The notes under the pieces were generated by a model. It saw only the letters and a program-made list of their open reading frames with translations. It ran no database searches and was not told where the DNA came from. The translations under genes and the position numbers were made by a program. From a virus, in IMG/VR virus record IMGVR_UViG_3300036832_000786, positions 48,651 to 112,650 of that record: a stretch of DNA of 64,000 nt, one strand, 5' to 3'. This document shows, in pieces, positions 1 to 9,965 of this stretch; position 1 is the first letter of the stretch, and each line of letters opens with the position of its first letter.

Positions 1-2398
1 CGAGGCTCCCGGTCGGGTCGAGGATGAGGAGGGCTATCAGTTTGTCGGCGAATCCGGTGACCTGTTGCGCCCCTACATCCCGGACAAGTTCCAAAAGCAT
101 ATCCGCTGGAACAACATTCTAAACTGTAGACCGCCGGACAACCGTGATCCCGATCGGATTGAGCGGGAGTGTTGTCGACCACGAATCGAGCATGACATTG
201 CGCTGACCAAACCGGATGCGATCTTTGGCATGGGGGCGCAGCCGTTGTCCTGGGCCGGGCGGATCGGCGGTATCTACCAGTGGCGCGGTCGCCGGTTCCC
301 GATCAAGGTTGGTGACCATCTATGTTGGTACTACCCGATGCTGCATCCGGCGGGTATCATCCACCAACGGCGCGCCGGTTGGCGCAGTGCCAATGATGAC
401 GAGTTCGCTTTGGAACTCGATTTGCGCCGGGCATTTGCCGAGGTTGCCGCCGGGTTGCCAGAACCCATTGTCCATACAGAGGAATTTGCCAAGAGTAACA
501 TTGTTTGTGTCACCGGTCGTAGGCGTGACGACCTTGACTACCTATTGGAGTTCCTCAAATACGCCAGTGCGCAGCGGGTGACCGGCGTCGATTATGAGAC
601 ACAAAACCTGCGTCCGTATAATACTGACTCGGAGATACTCACCGCAGCGGTGGCGACCGAGGACGAAACGGTGGCGTTTGCTTACCGTCACCCCGATGCT
701 GGATGGAGTGACCGCCAGTTAAACGCGGTTGATGACGCCTGGATGAAGTTCCTTCAGTCACGCGCCAAGAAGGCGGTGCACCAACTGTCATTTGAGATGG
801 AGTGGACATGTTACTTTTACGGTAACGAGTTCGCCCGGTCGGTTCCTTGGGAAGATACGATGACCCAGGCTTATGTGATTGATGAGCGGGTCGGTGACAC
901 CAAGCCGGGCGCATTGTCACTCGAATGGCTGACGCAGCAACACTTCGGGGTCAACATCAAAAAGTTGTCACCGAAGATGAACAAGGCGAGGATGCGAGAT
1001 GAGAGTCTTGAAACGTTACTTCCTTACAATGGCATTGATGCCAAATATCACCGGTTGGTCTATCTGGCACAAAGCGCCACCATCAAAGAAGCTGACCTTG
1101 TGGCAGTGTATGAAGAAAAGGTACGCCAAGTTCCAACAGTGGTGCTCACGCAGCTTAAGGGTATCCCGCTCGATGCAGTGGTAAACACCGAGTTACGGCG
1201 GGAGTATGCGCGTAAGCTGGCCAAGGCTAAGGAACAGGTACAGTCACTGCCGGAAGCCCAAGAGTTCAAGAAACTCGCCCGCGAGGAGTTCAATCCGGGA
1301 TCACCGCAACATGTCATCATTATGCTGCGTGACATCCTCAAGACCCGCGCCGGGCAGGAGGGTCCAGGCTGGTCGACCAAGGAAGCGGTGCTGAAGGAAG
1401 TCAAGCACCCGATGTCACGGGCAATCTTGAACTACCGCAAAGTACAGAAAATCAAAGGTACCTACGTCGACCCGTATTCACCGGACAGTCCGAACGTGTA
1501 TCCCGGTAACATTATTCACACCAATCTCGGCACCTGTTTCACCGAAACCGGTCGACTCAATAGTGAAGACCCCAATATCCAAAACGTGCCAGCCAGGGAG
1601 GATGAAGCCAAAAAGGTACGCAGGCAGATTGCTTCCAAGGTGATGGCGTCGTTTGATTATGGGCAGATCGATGCGCGGATCATTGCCTGCGGCTCGCGTG
1701 ACCGTCACTATTGCAAGGCACTGTGGGAAGACTACGACATCCACATGGAGTGGGCGGAACGAATCGCTCATACAGTGCCCCGGCTGGTTGGTGGCAAGAA
1801 GGGGCTTAAAGACCCAAAGGTGATGGGTGACTTCCGCCAGAATGTGAAGTCGGTGTGGGTGTTCGCGCTGTTCTATGGTGCCGCATTGTGGTCTACCGCC
1901 AAGCGGTTGGAATGTGAGGAACGGGAACTGACCAAACTGTACGACGAGTTTTGGACACAGTTTGCCGGTGTCCGTAAGTGGCAGGACGAAATCGGCAAGC
2001 AGTTCCACAAGCTTGGGTACGTGCAGTTGTTTGGTGGGTTACGGCGTCACGCACCGTTGGGTCATGGTCAGCAAATCAATACGCCGGTACAGGGTGCTAC
2101 CAATCGGATCGTCATGTTGGGGATGAACCGACTCAGTGAAACCGGTGACCCGCTGTTGCAGGCAAACATGCAGATACACGATGACCTGACATTCTGTTTC
2201 AATTCGCACCGTACCTACGAAGACTCCATGCCCCGGATACTCGACATCATGCTCGATGGCCGGGAGTTCGATTGGTTTGCGGTACCGCTGATCGCCGAGG
2301 TTAAGACCGGTTCTAATTGGGCCGAGATGACCAAGGTCGGTAACTTTTCCAGTGTCGAACGGTTGGGTTGGCCACAACGAGCGAAGGAGTTTGTGTGA
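1..2398 (+). CDS. polA: Family A DNA polymerase with N-terminal family-4 uracil-DNA-glycosylase-like domain and 3'-5' exonuclease (5'-truncated by window)
   Basis: The frame is open from nt 2: EAPGRVEDEEGYQFVGESGDLL (UDG4 motif), then NCRPPDNRDP and LHPA; exonuclease DYET; polymerase motifs TETGRLNSEDPNIQN, DYGQID, FALFYG, NTPVQG, QIHDD. Confidence 0.93.
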   Translation, partial: EAPGRVEDEEGYQFVGESGDLLRPYIPDKFQKHIRWNNILNCRPPDNRDPDRIERECCRPRIEHDIALTKPDAIFGMGAQPLSWAGRIGGIYQWRGRRFPIKVGDHLCWYYPMLHPAGIIHQRRAGWRSANDDEFALELDLRRAFAEVAAGLPEPIVHTEEFAKSNIVCVTGRRRDDLDYLLEFLKYASAQRVTGVDYETQNLRPYNTDSEILTAAVATEDETVAFAYRHPDAGWSDRQLNAVDDAWMKFLQSRAKKAVHQLSFEMEWTCYFYGNEFARSVPWEDTMTQAYVIDERVGDTKPGALSLEWLTQQHFGVNIKKLSPKMNKARMRDESLETLLPYNGIDAKYHRLVYLAQSATIKEADLVAVYEEKVRQVPTVVLTQLKGIPLDAVVNTELRREYARKLAKAKEQVQSLPEAQEFKKLAREEFNPGSPQHVIIMLRDILKTRAGQEGPGWSTKEAVLKEVKHPMSRAILNYRKVQKIKGTYVDPYSPDSPNVYPGNIIHTNLGTCFTETGRLNSEDPNIQNVPAREDEAKKVRRQIASKVMASFDYGQIDARIIACGSRDRHYCKALWEDYDIHMEWAERIAHTVPRLVGGKKGLKDPKVMGDFRQNVKSVWVFALFYGAALWSTAKRLECEERELTKLYDEFWTQFAGVRKWQDEIGKQFHKLGYVQLFGGLRRHAPLGHGQQINTPVQGATNRIVMLGMNRLSETGDPLLQANMQIHDDLTFCFNSHRTYEDSMPRILDIMLDGREFDWFAVPLIAEVKTGSNWAEMTKVGNFSSVERLGWPQRAKEFV

Positions 2399-3798
2399 TG
2401 GCACGGTCATTCACTGATCCCCGCCGACTCTATCGGAGCGGCGCTTCTGACAGTTCGCGTGAAGTGGCTGAGAAGACTACTGTCATTGATGACTGTTTAG
2501 CGTTGCTTGAGATTTATGCGGAACACGGAGCACTGATCCCGCAGGACGCTTATATTCTGGCCGGTTTCCGATCAGATATGAAAGGTAACCAACCGCGTTG
2601 CAGTGACTTACTCAATTTCGGATGTACCGAGCGGACTGGGAAGAAGGGTGTTACCAAATCAGGGAACAAGGCTGATTTGGCCCGAATCACCGATCTCGGT
2701 CAAGAGTGTCGCGGTGACCCAGATAAGCTAAAGAAATTGAAACAGATACACCGGGAAAAGACCAAGGCTAAGCGAGTCATTATGGAAAGTGATGTGACAC
2801 CGGAAAAGGTGATAGCCAGCAAGGCCGAGATTCTCGGCCGGGAAGAGACATTACAGAACCGGTACCGACCGGCGTTTCTTGATGAGATACTCGGACACGA
2901 CGAGGTTATTGCAGCGATCAAAGCGGCGATCAAAGCCGGTGAGCGCGCGTTCGTCCTAACCGGGATATCGGGTGTCGGTAAGACGACGATGGCATTGCGG
3001 TTTGCCGAGGAGGTGATCGGCGCGTCGGGGGATCAGATTATACCGCTGGACGCCGCCAAGTTTAATGGTGTCGAAACGATGACGACGCTGTCGGATACAG
3101 TCGAGCGTCACCGCGACCACCCGTTCTTGACCGGTGGTCTGCGGGTGTATATTCTCGATGAAGTCCACGCGATAACCAAAGCCGGTTGGAGTGTGCTACT
3201 AAACGCGCTCGAAAATCTGCCGCCGGGTTGGTACTTCTTCTTGTTGACTAACGACCTAGATAAGGTACCTCCTGAGATAAAGTCACAACGCTGCGCGGTA
3301 TTTGAGTTACTGCCGGTACCGACCAACGACACAGTCAAGATACTTAAGGACGTGGTGCATTGTGAGGGGTGGTCAACACCAAAAGAGATAATCGGCTTGT
3401 GTGCGCGAGAGTCACTTGGTTCACCGCGCCGCGCTATTACGCATCTTGGAGCTTGTTACCACTGCACCGACCGAGATCAGGCAGCGAGATTGATCCGTGC
3501 CGCAGTGACAAAGACGCAAGGTGACTGGGGGTACAAGCTGGCGCAGGCGTTACAGACACCGCTACGATCGGCGCTTCAACGAATCTTGCGCGATGCGAGG
3601 GAAGCAAAAGAACATCCTGAAGGTATGCGCCGGGTGGTTTGTATTTTTTACGAGACAGTGGGTTTGAACGCCAAGGATGATCGGACGTGGTCATACGCCG
3701 AGATGGTGTTAAACAATTTCGCGGATGTAGTGACAGACTCTTACCAGTTACTTTTGGCAGCCATGCGGACACTACGGGAGGCTAACAATGGCAAATGA
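2398..3798 (+). CDS. DnaX (gamma/tau)-like AAA+ clamp loader with N-terminal HTH-like extension
   Basis: RYRP..LDEILGH, Walker A GISGVGKT, Walker B YILDEVH. ATG 2398 overlaps the polymerase stop codon. Confidence 0.85.
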   Translation: MARSFTDPRRLYRSGASDSSREVAEKTTVIDDCLALLEIYAEHGALIPQDAYILAGFRSDMKGNQPRCSDLLNFGCTERTGKKGVTKSGNKADLARITDLGQECRGDPDKLKKLKQIHREKTKAKRVIMESDVTPEKVIASKAEILGREETLQNRYRPAFLDEILGHDEVIAAIKAAIKAGERAFVLTGISGVGKTTMALRFAEEVIGASGDQIIPLDAAKFNGVETMTTLSDTVERHRDHPFLTGGLRVYILDEVHAITKAGWSVLLNALENLPPGWYFFLLTNDLDKVPPEIKSQRCAVFELLPVPTNDTVKILKDVVHCEGWSTPKEIIGLCARESLGSPRRAITHLGACYHCTDRDQAARLIRAAVTKTQGDWGYKLAQALQTPLRSALQRILRDAREAKEHPEGMRRVVCIFYETVGLNAKDDRTWSYAEMVLNNFADVVTDSYQLLLAAMRTLREANNGK

Positions 3799-4267
3799 CC
3801 AACGTGAGCATGAGGCTTACGAAGACCTTTGTGCTTCGCGGGATCAGATTAATCATCTGTCACTCGGAGAGAGTATCCTTGAGCAACCGCAGTTGTTTGG
3901 TCACTGCGCGTCATGGTGCGCGCATGTCATCGCTCGCCGTGATGCGCTCAAGGATAACATCCAGGACACCGAGTCTGCGGTTGAGTTACGGGTGCGGAAC
4001 GAGATCGCCGAGTCCGGCGAGAAGACCACCGAAGGCAAGGTTGCCGCGATGGTCCGGGTGGACCCCGAGGTGAAGGAAGCCCGTAAGCGGTGGCACAAGG
4101 CTAAGGAAGTTGCTGATCGGTGGACGTACCTGTTGGACTCCTACAAACAGCGATCCTATTCGCTCACCCAGTATGTCAACTGGCGGGCCGGTGACTATGT
4201 TGACGAGAAGATGGGGCATACCCCCACAGCGTCGCGGGCGTCACTCAGTAGAAGGATGCGACAATGA
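3788..4267 (+). CDS. UvsY-like recombination mediator protein
   Basis: Helical 159-aa protein with KTTEGKVAAMVRVDP motif, located between the clamp loader and SSB/RecA. Confidence 0.6.
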   Translation: MANDQREHEAYEDLCASRDQINHLSLGESILEQPQLFGHCASWCAHVIARRDALKDNIQDTESAVELRVRNEIAESGEKTTEGKVAAMVRVDPEVKEARKRWHKAKEVADRWTYLLDSYKQRSYSLTQYVNWRAGDYVDEKMGHTPTASRASLSRRMRQ

Positions 4268-4396
4268 CACCGATCTTCATTGTCACTGGCTACCTGTTCC
4301 TGATGGTCAGTGTCTATGTTGCTGGCTACCTCGCGTCATGCGGCTGGCATCGAGCCAAGCGCGAGTCACTTAACAAGATGATGCAGGAGGTGACAC

Positions 4397-5485
4397 ATGG
4401 CTAGAGGTGCAACACGACGGCGTGAGTTTGACTACCAACCACCGAGTTACGAACAAACGGTGGAGCGTGCCGATCGGCAAGGCTCGATGTATGACAACTT
4501 GTTTAAGTCGGTGAAGACCTACCGGGCGGCCGAGGGCCGCAACATCGTGCGTATCCTGCCGCCGACCTGGAAGGGAGCGGCCCATTACGGGTTGCCGATC
4601 TGGGTACATTATGGTGTCGGTCCCAAGGAGGCGGCGTATCTCTGCCTGCGGGAAAACAAATCGTCACCACACAAGCGGTGTCCGCTTTGTGAGGAACTGT
4701 ACAATCTCGGTGCGCGGGCAACACCCGATGACCGCAAGGCATTGTTACCGACACAGAGCATTCTCTATTACATCCTCGACCGGAACCAACCGCAGAGCGG
4801 TGTCATGTTGTGGCGAGTATCGGGTACCGCTGACAGTGAAATCGCGGCACAGAGTGTCAATCGTCGTAAGGGTAGTGTGCTCAATATCGTGGACCCGGAG
4901 CATGGTTACGACCTGGAGTTCCTGCGCACCGGCCAGAAGCTGAATACCCGGTACCGGGGGTATCAGGTGGTCCGTGAAGAGAGTCCTATGTGCGAGGACG
5001 ATCGGACTTATGAGGAGGTGCTCGACTTCATTTTCGACAACCCGTTGCCGGGGGTACTGAACTTCTATCGGCCGGAACATATCGAGGGCGTGTATTCCGG
5101 CAAGGTTGGAGGTGACGAAGAAGATGACACTAGCGGTCGCGATCGTGGCCGTCCACGCGGGCGTGATGATGAAGACGACGAGCGGGAAGCCCCACGGATG
5201 CGGTCACGCGCCGCGCCACCGCCGGATGACGAGGAGGAGGAGGAAGAAGAAGCCGCGCCGCGACGGTCACGGCTGGCACGGGAGATTGATGACGAGATAC
5301 CGGAGCCGGAACCCAAGCCGCGCCGCGCGCGCGGCCGGGTGGAGGTGGAAGAAGAGGAGCCGGAAGACGAGCCGGCCGAAACCGCGCCCCGGAGCACGCG
5401 CCGCCGGGCCGATGATGACGAGGAGGAGGAGGTAGACGATCGGCGCTCCCGCCTGCGGCAGCGGTTGAGCCGCAACCGCGATTAG
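4397..5485 (+). CDS. gp32-like single-stranded DNA-binding protein
   Basis: VRILPP, HYGVG, CPLCE, DPEHGYDL motifs and a long acidic/Arg-rich disordered tail. Confidence 0.8.
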   Translation: MARGATRRREFDYQPPSYEQTVERADRQGSMYDNLFKSVKTYRAAEGRNIVRILPPTWKGAAHYGLPIWVHYGVGPKEAAYLCLRENKSSPHKRCPLCEELYNLGARATPDDRKALLPTQSILYYILDRNQPQSGVMLWRVSGTADSEIAAQSVNRRKGSVLNIVDPEHGYDLEFLRTGQKLNTRYRGYQVVREESPMCEDDRTYEEVLDFIFDNPLPGVLNFYRPEHIEGVYSGKVGGDEEDDTSGRDRGRPRGRDDEDDEREAPRMRSRAAPPPDDEEEEEEEAAPRRSRLAREIDDEIPEPEPKPRRARGRVEVEEEEPEDEPAETAPRSTRRRADDDEEEEVDDRRSRLRQRLSRNRD

Positions 5486-5504
5486 TCACTAACACCGGAG
5501 GGGT

Positions 5505-6551
5505 ATGATGGCACGGGTAGCAATTGAAGACGACAACGTGGTGGACGCTGGTCACTACTTCGCCCGGCGCAGCAACAGTATCGAATTCATCCCCTCCGGT
5601 GCCGCTGTTTTGGATTGTGCGCTGGGCGGCGGCTGGCCGTTGTCACGAATCAGCAATATCATTGGTGACGAAAGTTCCGGGAAGACGCTGATGGCGATCG
5701 AAGCCTGCGCCAATTTCGCCCGGCTGTATCCAAAGGGGAACATCTACTATCGCGAAAGTGAGGCAGCCTTTGATGTTCCATATGCCGAGGCGATGGGTAT
5801 GCCGGTGGACCGGGTACAGTTTATTGAACCGGACGATTTTGTCACCATTGAGGACTTTTACGAAGACCTGCACAAGGCGGTGGAACAGACTGCCAAACGT
5901 GACAGTGCCGCCTTATACATCGTGGATTCGCTCGACGGATTGAGTGACAAAGCCGAGCAAGGTGCGGCGTTTGACGCCGCGAGTTACAACGTCACTAAGG
6001 CCAAGCAGATCGGTAAGTTGCTGCGGATGTGTAAGGGCGAAGTGTCCAAGGCGCGGATGAACCTGATGATCATCAGTCAGACACGGGACCGGATCACCGA
6101 AGGGTTTATGGCGCGATACGCTAAGAAGAAGACCCGCAGCGGTGGCCGCGCGCTCGACTTTTATGCAAGTCAGTGTCTGTGGCTGAGTCACTTGGACACG
6201 ATCCGCGAGCAAAAGTCCAAGGTTAAGCGGCCGGTTGGTATCCGTATTCGTGCCAAGTGTGAGAAAAACAAGATTTCACTGCCATTACGGGAGTGTGAAT
6301 TCACCATACGTTTTGGTCAGGGGATCGATTCGCTGGCGTCCGGTCTGGACTGGCTCGATGACGTGGGCCGGTGGGGCGACGTGATCGATGTCACGCGGCC
6401 GACATATATGAAGCGGGTCGATGCCATGTCCGAACCCGATTATTGGGCCGAGGTCGCGCGGGTTGATGAGGCGGTGACCGGGATATGGGCCGAAACCGAA
6501 GAGCTATTCCTCGCCGGTACGCGCCGCAAATACCGCTATGCCGCCGAATAG
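5505..6551 (+). CDS. recA: RecA/UvsX recombinase
   Basis: SGAAVLDCALGGGWP, Walker A GDESSGKT, IVDSLD, SGGRALDFYAS, EKNKI. Confidence 0.93.
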   Translation: MMARVAIEDDNVVDAGHYFARRSNSIEFIPSGAAVLDCALGGGWPLSRISNIIGDESSGKTLMAIEACANFARLYPKGNIYYRESEAAFDVPYAEAMGMPVDRVQFIEPDDFVTIEDFYEDLHKAVEQTAKRDSAALYIVDSLDGLSDKAEQGAAFDAASYNVTKAKQIGKLLRMCKGEVSKARMNLMIISQTRDRITEGFMARYAKKKTRSGGRALDFYASQCLWLSHLDTIREQKSKVKRPVGIRIRAKCEKNKISLPLRECEFTIRFGQGIDSLASGLDWLDDVGRWGDVIDVTRPTYMKRVDAMSEPDYWAEVARVDEAVTGIWAETEELFLAGTRRKYRYAAE

Positions 6552-6759
6552 ATGTAAGAATTGTGGCGGTGACCACCCCGTCAAGGCACCGTGCCGCGTC
6601 CATGAGATTGCCCGCCGGGCCGGGAAATATGATAGGATTCGTGCGGGAGAGCCGGTGCGGGAGGCGAAATGGCCAGCGGGTACCTGGGGTCACGCGGATT
6701 ACTGGCTGGGGTACTACATCGGCACGGTGCGAGATACCTTGTTAAGGGAACCACGATGA
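6538..6759 (+). CDS. Small hypothetical protein (CxxC..H..C)
   Basis: Overlaps the recA stop codon; Cys/His cluster. Confidence 0.5.
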   Translation: MPPNRCKNCGGDHPVKAPCRVHEIARRAGKYDRIRAGEPVREAKWPAGTWGHADYWLGYYIGTVRDTLLREPR

Positions 6760-6762
6760 CGC

Positions 6763-6791
6763 TTGAATGTTTTTACAGGAAAACGTATATG
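6763..6791 (+). promoter_or_regulatory. Putative sigma70-type promoter
   Basis: (C)TTGAAT-N17-TATATG in an AT-rich intergenic gap. Confidence 0.4.
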
Positions 6792-6800
6792 AGACATCTG

Positions 6801-6890
6801 AGCGGTGTCGGCCAACGCGGTGAATCTTCCCGTGGGTCGGACAGACCCTCGTTGGGGTGTCGCACTAAGAAGCCCCCACTGACAACCGCA
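6801..6890 (+). ncRNA. Putative structured RNA or 5' leader
   Basis: Nested pairings GCGGT-GTC/GAC-A-ACCGC, CCAACG/CGTTGG and GGGTC/GACCC directly downstream of the candidate promoter. Confidence 0.35.
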
Positions 6891-6913
6891 TCTTTATTAG
6901 CCGGGCGGCAGTA

Positions 6914-7198
6914 ATGAGCCGCCCGGCTGTGCGCACGCGTGAGATGCGGGTTGGGATCGACAACCCGATCGTCATCCAGTTGAAGACGCGTCCGCGTCCT
7001 AGTGAAGCCAACCTGCTACACATTCTCGGCGAGTTCCCGAACCGCTACGTCGCGGTCAATGACTTGTGCGCGCGGTTGAAAGTGTCACGAACCAGTTTGA
7101 AGATACACGCGTGCCGATTGCGGAAACACCTGACAGGTGACTGGCTTGTGCAGGGAATAGGTAATGGTTACCGGCTGATCGATTTGAGGGATAAGTGA
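6914..7198 (+). CDS. Winged-helix DNA-binding protein (OmpR/Trans_reg_C-like)
   Basis: SLKIHACRLRKHL...GNGYRL pattern. Confidence 0.65.
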   Translation: MSRPAVRTREMRVGIDNPIVIQLKTRPRPSEANLLHILGEFPNRYVAVNDLCARLKVSRTSLKIHACRLRKHLTGDWLVQGIGNGYRLIDLRDK

Positions 7199-7419
7199 CC
7201 ATGAAAGTATCATGCACCATCGATTATATGACACTTGAGAGTGACAGTGGACGTGAGATTGATAGTGTCGAGGTGACATGTAAGCGGTGTGACCATTCGA
7301 CCCAGTCTTATGGTGACGGTGCGGCCAGTGTCCGGCGGTGTCTAGTATTGCTACGCGAAGAGTGTCCGCGCCACGAAGAGAATTATTACGCCGCCGAAGG
7401 CGGCGAGGATGAGTGCTGA
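7195..7419 (+). CDS. Small hypothetical protein (Cys-containing)
   Basis: Translationally coupled ORF with CKRC and CP motifs. Confidence 0.55.
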   Translation: MTMKVSCTIDYMTLESDSGREIDSVEVTCKRCDHSTQSYGDGAASVRRCLVLLREECPRHEENYYAAEGGEDEC

Positions 7420-7617
7420 TGCGGTGCGAAACCTGCCGGGGAACCGGTGATCGGCTCAACCCAGCATTAGATGTTAGGGTACATCCTCGTAATGGGGTTA
7501 GTATCAAGAACCCACACAGTCTGCCGATATTAGTACCTTGCGCCGAGTGTGGCGGGTGTGGCATTTTAAGTTGCTGCGATGGCGCAGGAGGCACCGAAGC
7601 CGATCTAGGAGGCTCAG

Positions 7618-7815
7618 ATGTCCCGCTGGCCCGACAACGGGGTTTGGGAACCAAAGGACGCGTTTAATCGGGCACCCCGCCCGGCATTGACCGAATGTGA
7701 ACCGTCACGGAAACTGGCGCGCCGCCTGCGGCTTATGCGTTGGCTGGTGAAGTTCGTCCTGTTTGGCGGGTTCTTTGTGGTGGTCATGATCGGCCTGTTC
7801 TACTTTGCGAGGTGA
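7618..7815 (+). CDS. Small membrane protein
   Basis: AGGAGG RBS upstream and a C-terminal hydrophobic helix. Confidence 0.5.
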   Translation: MSRWPDNGVWEPKDAFNRAPRPALTECEPSRKLARRLRLMRWLVKFVLFGGFFVVVMIGLFYFAR

Positions 7816-7816
7816 C

Positions 7817-8011
7817 ATGAACTACCCTGATGTCAATCCGACCTGGGGCTTGCGTTACTATGATGGTCACTTCCATCTCCACTTGATGTGGATGCACTGG
7901 AGGACCGGTTACTGGACAGCGACACGCACCGTGTCGCGTCGTTATAGGACACTCGACATCGCACTTGCGTCTACGAGGGATATAGGTGCGGTGATGCTCT
8001 TTCCGGTGTAA
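7817..8011 (+). CDS. Small hypothetical protein
   Basis: GAGGTG RBS then ATG 7817; its stop TAA lies in the first edge repeat of array segment 1. Confidence 0.5.
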   Translation: MNYPDVNPTWGLRYYDGHFHLHLMWMHWRTGYWTATRTVSRRYRTLDIALASTRDIGAVMLFPV

Positions 8012-8123
8012 GAGTCACCTCCGTGAACAGAAACACAGTAAGGGAACGAGTCTTGGTGGTAGAGTGACACAAATCGAAAGAACGAGTCATACGGCGCACA
8101 CAGAAACACGCAAGAGGAACGAA
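8009..8123 (+). repeat. TIGR-like dual-repeat array, segment 1 (~3 units)
   Basis: taagagtca-cctccgtga-acagaaaca-cagtaaggg-aacgagtct-tggtggtag-agtgacaca-aatcgaaag-aacgagtca-tacggcgcac-acagaaaca-cgcaagagg-aacga. Confidence 0.8.
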
Positions 8124-9965
8124 GTGACAGCGATATTGGTGAGTGACACTCATCTCACGGATCGTCCGAACGACGAATACCGTTGGGGTTTGTGGCCTTG
8201 GCTGCGTGAGCAAGTCAAGCGGGTGCAGGCTGACGAGATCGTACACCTGGGTGACATGACCGATGCCAAGGACCGTCACCCGGCCCGGCTGGTCAATCGG
8301 TTGGTGGAGTCGGTTGGCGGTATTACCGATCTGTGCCGCCTCTACCTGTTAAAGGGGAACCACGATTATATCGATCCTCTCGATCCGTTCTTCGGATTCA
8401 CCGGCTCGCATTCCAAAATCAAGTATATAAAGATACCCTTAATGGCTCAACTGTCGATCGGCAAGGCCACCTTTGTTCCTGCCGGTGAAACCTGGAACTT
8501 CCAGCTACACGATTTCCCTTACTGTTTCACCCATGTCACCTTTGATGGGGCGGAAGCCGAAAATGGTTCCTTGCTACCGGGTGTCGATCCGGCGAGACTC
8601 AAGGATTACGCGGGGATGGTGTATTGCGTGACCGAAGGTCACGAAGTTCTGACTAAGTCGGGATGGGTTGATATCTCGACCACGCCGGATGAGATAGCGG
8701 TGTGGGATGATGGTGCGATCACTTTTGAAACACCCTTGCGGTGGAATGTTGGGGAAGCAGACGATTTGATATCCGTGACGACAAGGGCGATGTCTATAGT
8801 AGGCACGCGGGAACACCAGATGCCGGTCGTGGAGGGAAGTGGAGTCGGTAAGCGGTGTCTGGACGAGTTACCGGGCACTCATGATATATCTCCTGGTGTC
8901 GGTACATACGATAAAGGAACTAAATCTGTTGAGCATGTCCAGCTTATCGCTGCGTTCCAGGCTGATGGGCACCGAGATCGTCACGGTGACATAACTTGGA
9001 CATTCGGGAAGCAGCGAAAGATTGATAGACTGAGGGCGTTGCTAGAAGCTTCTGGGTTGCGGTTCTCTGAGTATCCGGTAACTCGCGGATATACGCGGTT
9101 CCTTGTCCATAGGCACCAGGGTCAAGAAAGCTGGCCAAAGCATTGTGGCGCTGAAATTTTAGAGTGGAACAATGATAGCCTGGAAGATTTTTGTGAGTCT
9201 CATTTATGGTGGGACGCCAGTGTCGGTCAGTATCCTCGCATTGAGGCGAAATCGAAGGAACACCTTGAATGGTTGGCTGTTGCTTACATGTGTACAGGTC
9301 GGATGATCCGGGTGACCAAACTGGTGAAGCCGAGAGGTATGTATTGGCGGCTGTCACTCAGGAATAACAGCGTTCATGGATTTTATAAGTCGGAGGTGGA
9401 TGAGGTACCGGGCGCGCATAAGGTCTACTGTCCTACGGTGCGTTCGGGGTTCTTTATGATGCGTCGGGAAGGTAAGGTTTTTGTTTCCGGGAACAGCGGG
9501 GATATCCACGTCCCGCAGAAGGTCCGCAAGAACATTGAGTATGTGGGTGCACCGTACCATATCCGTTTTGGTGACACCTTCACTCCGCGTGTCCTGGTGG
9601 TATACAATAATGGTAAAACCAACGAGTTACACTACCCGGCACCGCGTAAGATAGTGTTCAGCCTCGACAACCCCAAGGGACTCGACCGGCTGATCGCGGA
9701 ACCGGGTGACCATGTCCGTATCCGGTATCATTTGCGCCGTAGTGACTATGACACTTGGCACGAAGTCCGCGAGCGGATCAGGCAGTACGCCACCGAGCGG
9801 GGATGGGTACTGTTTGGTGTCGAGGCGATGCCGATCGAAACCAAAGAGCGCGACAGAAGCAAGGTTGACGAGTTACTGACACCGGATCAGTTATTCGATG
9901 ACTATGCCAAGCGTCACAAGCTGAGCGAGGAGTACATCAGGATCGGGCGAGAGTTACTGCTATGA
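8124..9965 (+). CDS. sbcD: Mre11/SbcD-like metallophosphoesterase nuclease containing an intein
   Basis: SDTH, LGD, KGNHD, SGDIH, YVGAPY motifs. Probable start is GTG 8124 after the AAGAGGA RBS; adjacent to SbcC. Confidence 0.9.
   Translation: MTAILVSDTHLTDRPNDEYRWGLWPWLREQVKRVQADEIVHLGDMTDAKDRHPARLVNRLVESVGGITDLCRLYLLKGNHDYIDPLDPFFGFTGSHSKIKYIKIPLMAQLSIGKATFVPAGETWNFQLHDFPYCFTHVTFDGAEAENGSLLPGVDPARLKDYAGMVYCVTEGHEVLTKSGWVDISTTPDEIAVWDDGAITFETPLRWNVGEADDLISVTTRAMSIVGTREHQMPVVEGSGVGKRCLDELPGTHDISPGVGTYDKGTKSVEHVQLIAAFQADGHRDRHGDITWTFGKQRKIDRLRALLEASGLRFSEYPVTRGYTRFLVHRHQGQESWPKHCGAEILEWNNDSLEDFCESHLWWDASVGQYPRIEAKSKEHLEWLAVAYMCTGRMIRVTKLVKPRGMYWRLSLRNNSVHGFYKSEVDEVPGAHKVYCPTVRSGFFMMRREGKVFVSGNSGDIHVPQKVRKNIEYVGAPYHIRFGDTFTPRVLVVYNNGKTNELHYPAPRKIVFSLDNPKGLDRLIAEPGDHVRIRYHLRRSDYDTWHEVRERIRQYATERGWVLFGVEAMPIETKERDRSKVDELLTPDQLFDDYAKRHKLSEEYIRIGRELLL
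8625..9494 (+). mobile_element. Intein (290 aa) with LAGLIDADG-like endonuclease region
   Basis: Starts CVTEGHEVLTKSGW, has block B-like TREH, IAAFQADG, and ends KVYCPTVRSGFFMMRREGKVFVSGN followed by Ser(+1) of SGDIH. Confidence 0.9.

Noticed and set aside
8064-8123. N-terminal extension of sbcD from 8064
   Set aside because: It consists of array units; the RBS and the first nuclease motif support GTG 8124.
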